Shown: positions 63,108-64,000 of the stretch, piece after piece
Numbering within the stretch: position 1 is the stretch's first letter
How the letters are laid out: each line of letters begins with the position of its first letter
From: Glaucostegus cemiculus
Taxonomy: Eukaryota
DNA: 64,000 nt
Assembly: GCA_976551045.1 (NCBI GenBank)
Contig: CDPCPM010000092.1
Span: forward strand, 1,054,001-1,118,000
Reading direction: 5' to 3'
Translations under genes and position numbers: made by a program
The notes under the pieces: model-generated
What the model was told of the DNA's origin: nothing
What the model saw: the letters and a program-made list of their open reading frames with translations, nothing else
The model's database searches: none

Positions 63108-64000
63108 CTAAAATACTGACAGAATTCCAGGTACATTCCTGTTGCTTATCTGAATTTGCTATTACATCTTACGATATTGAAGTTGCCACAGTTGCCTCGA
63201 GCACTAATTTGCAAGTTGTCTCATACGAAATAACAGTTCAGTACATGGTTAGAATCAATGGTGCTGTTACACTGATCCAGTGTGGGGAGAAAAATAATCC
63301 TTCTTCTAGATTCTGCGGTGTATTTAGCTTATACACCTATGGTCTTGATCATTAAGTGCATTAAGCACCTGTGTGTATTTGAGCAACATTAGCTAAGTTT
63401 ACTGGCAGCCTAGGATAGCAGTGCCAAGGGTTGAACTAATGACAATTTTTTTTTTGAAGTGGTTTTAATTTGTGTTTTATTTTAATTTTGATCATTCAAT
63501 GTGGCACATCCTGTTATATTAGTTGTGTGTTAATTAGTTCTAATTAGATCAAGAGATGTGATGACTGTCTAGATAAAAGTTGGGAATCTATTTGAATGCA
63601 GCTTGTCAATTGTACTTTCAAATCTATTGTACTTTCAATTCTATTGAATACATTTTGGAACATATTCTCTGCAGGGAAACTTAGCTACTGAAAGTGCTTA
63701 TTGGTCAATCATGTCTGTAGCAGGCTATAATTTTCTATAAACTAAAGTTAAATGACTGCAGTGGGTTCAAGGAATTCCTGTTGCTTGGGCCATATGGGTT
63801 TTAGTACAGGGATTATAATGCTGGAAATAATACTAATGCTACAGAAATAAAGTTGCCATTTACCCAGTGCTGCTGATTAGAAATGTGGGATGGTTTCTGA
63901 ATAGTTGTCTTCCTTTTCCTCCGTATTGCACTTCATCTCCCACCCCTCACCATGAGTCTAAGGAAACCTAAAAGTGCCTCTCATAGGTATTCTGCATTCA

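Noticed and set aside
834-63355. Most short ORFs in the supplied track as independent genes
   Set aside because: They are exon read-through into introns, antisense or shifted frames of LINEs, or chance ORFs with no recognisable motif.
63609-63646. 17-bp tandem duplication attgtactttcaa(a/t)tct
   Set aside because: Ordinary local duplication with no sign of function.
1-64000. Prokaryotic systems (CRISPR array, operons, defence islands)
   Set aside because: Spliced vertebrate gene with retroposon-rich introns; no regularly spaced direct repeats and no dense ORFs.
63108-64000. Terminal ABCA13 exon (VFxNFA motif)
   Set aside because: No matching acceptor and peptide found; it probably lies downstream of the window.

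Overview
Eukaryotic (vertebrate) genomic DNA, AT-rich. The repeat content (HE1-type V-SINEs, many CR1 LINEs, Penelope-derived repeats) points to a cartilaginous fish, probably a ray or shark (inference). The window is the 3' part of one + strand gene, a full-size ABCA lipid transporter best matching ABCA13. I traced 29 GT-AG coding exons (67-60812) that splice in consistent phase into 4326 nt (1442 codons) without a stop, covering late TMD1, NBD1, R1, TMD2/ECD2, NBD2 and most of R2. The upstream exons and the last exon lie outside the window. Introns hold CR1, Rex1/Babar, L1, RTE and L2-like LINE fragments, SINEs, two probable solo LTRs and a dispersed Penelope-like family. Main points of interest: (i) Penelope-derived repeats carrying a minimal hammerhead-ribozyme motif, one copy attached to a GIY-YIG remnant; (ii) a 5'-inverted, twin-priming-like Rex1 insertion; (iii) a sense solo LTR with promoter and poly(A) motifs just after NBD1; (iv) V-SINEs with swapped 3' tails; (v) an L1 with a perfect 16-bp TSD and a (GAAA)n tail. 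Family assignments rest on recalled motifs, not database searches, and repeat boundaries are approximate.
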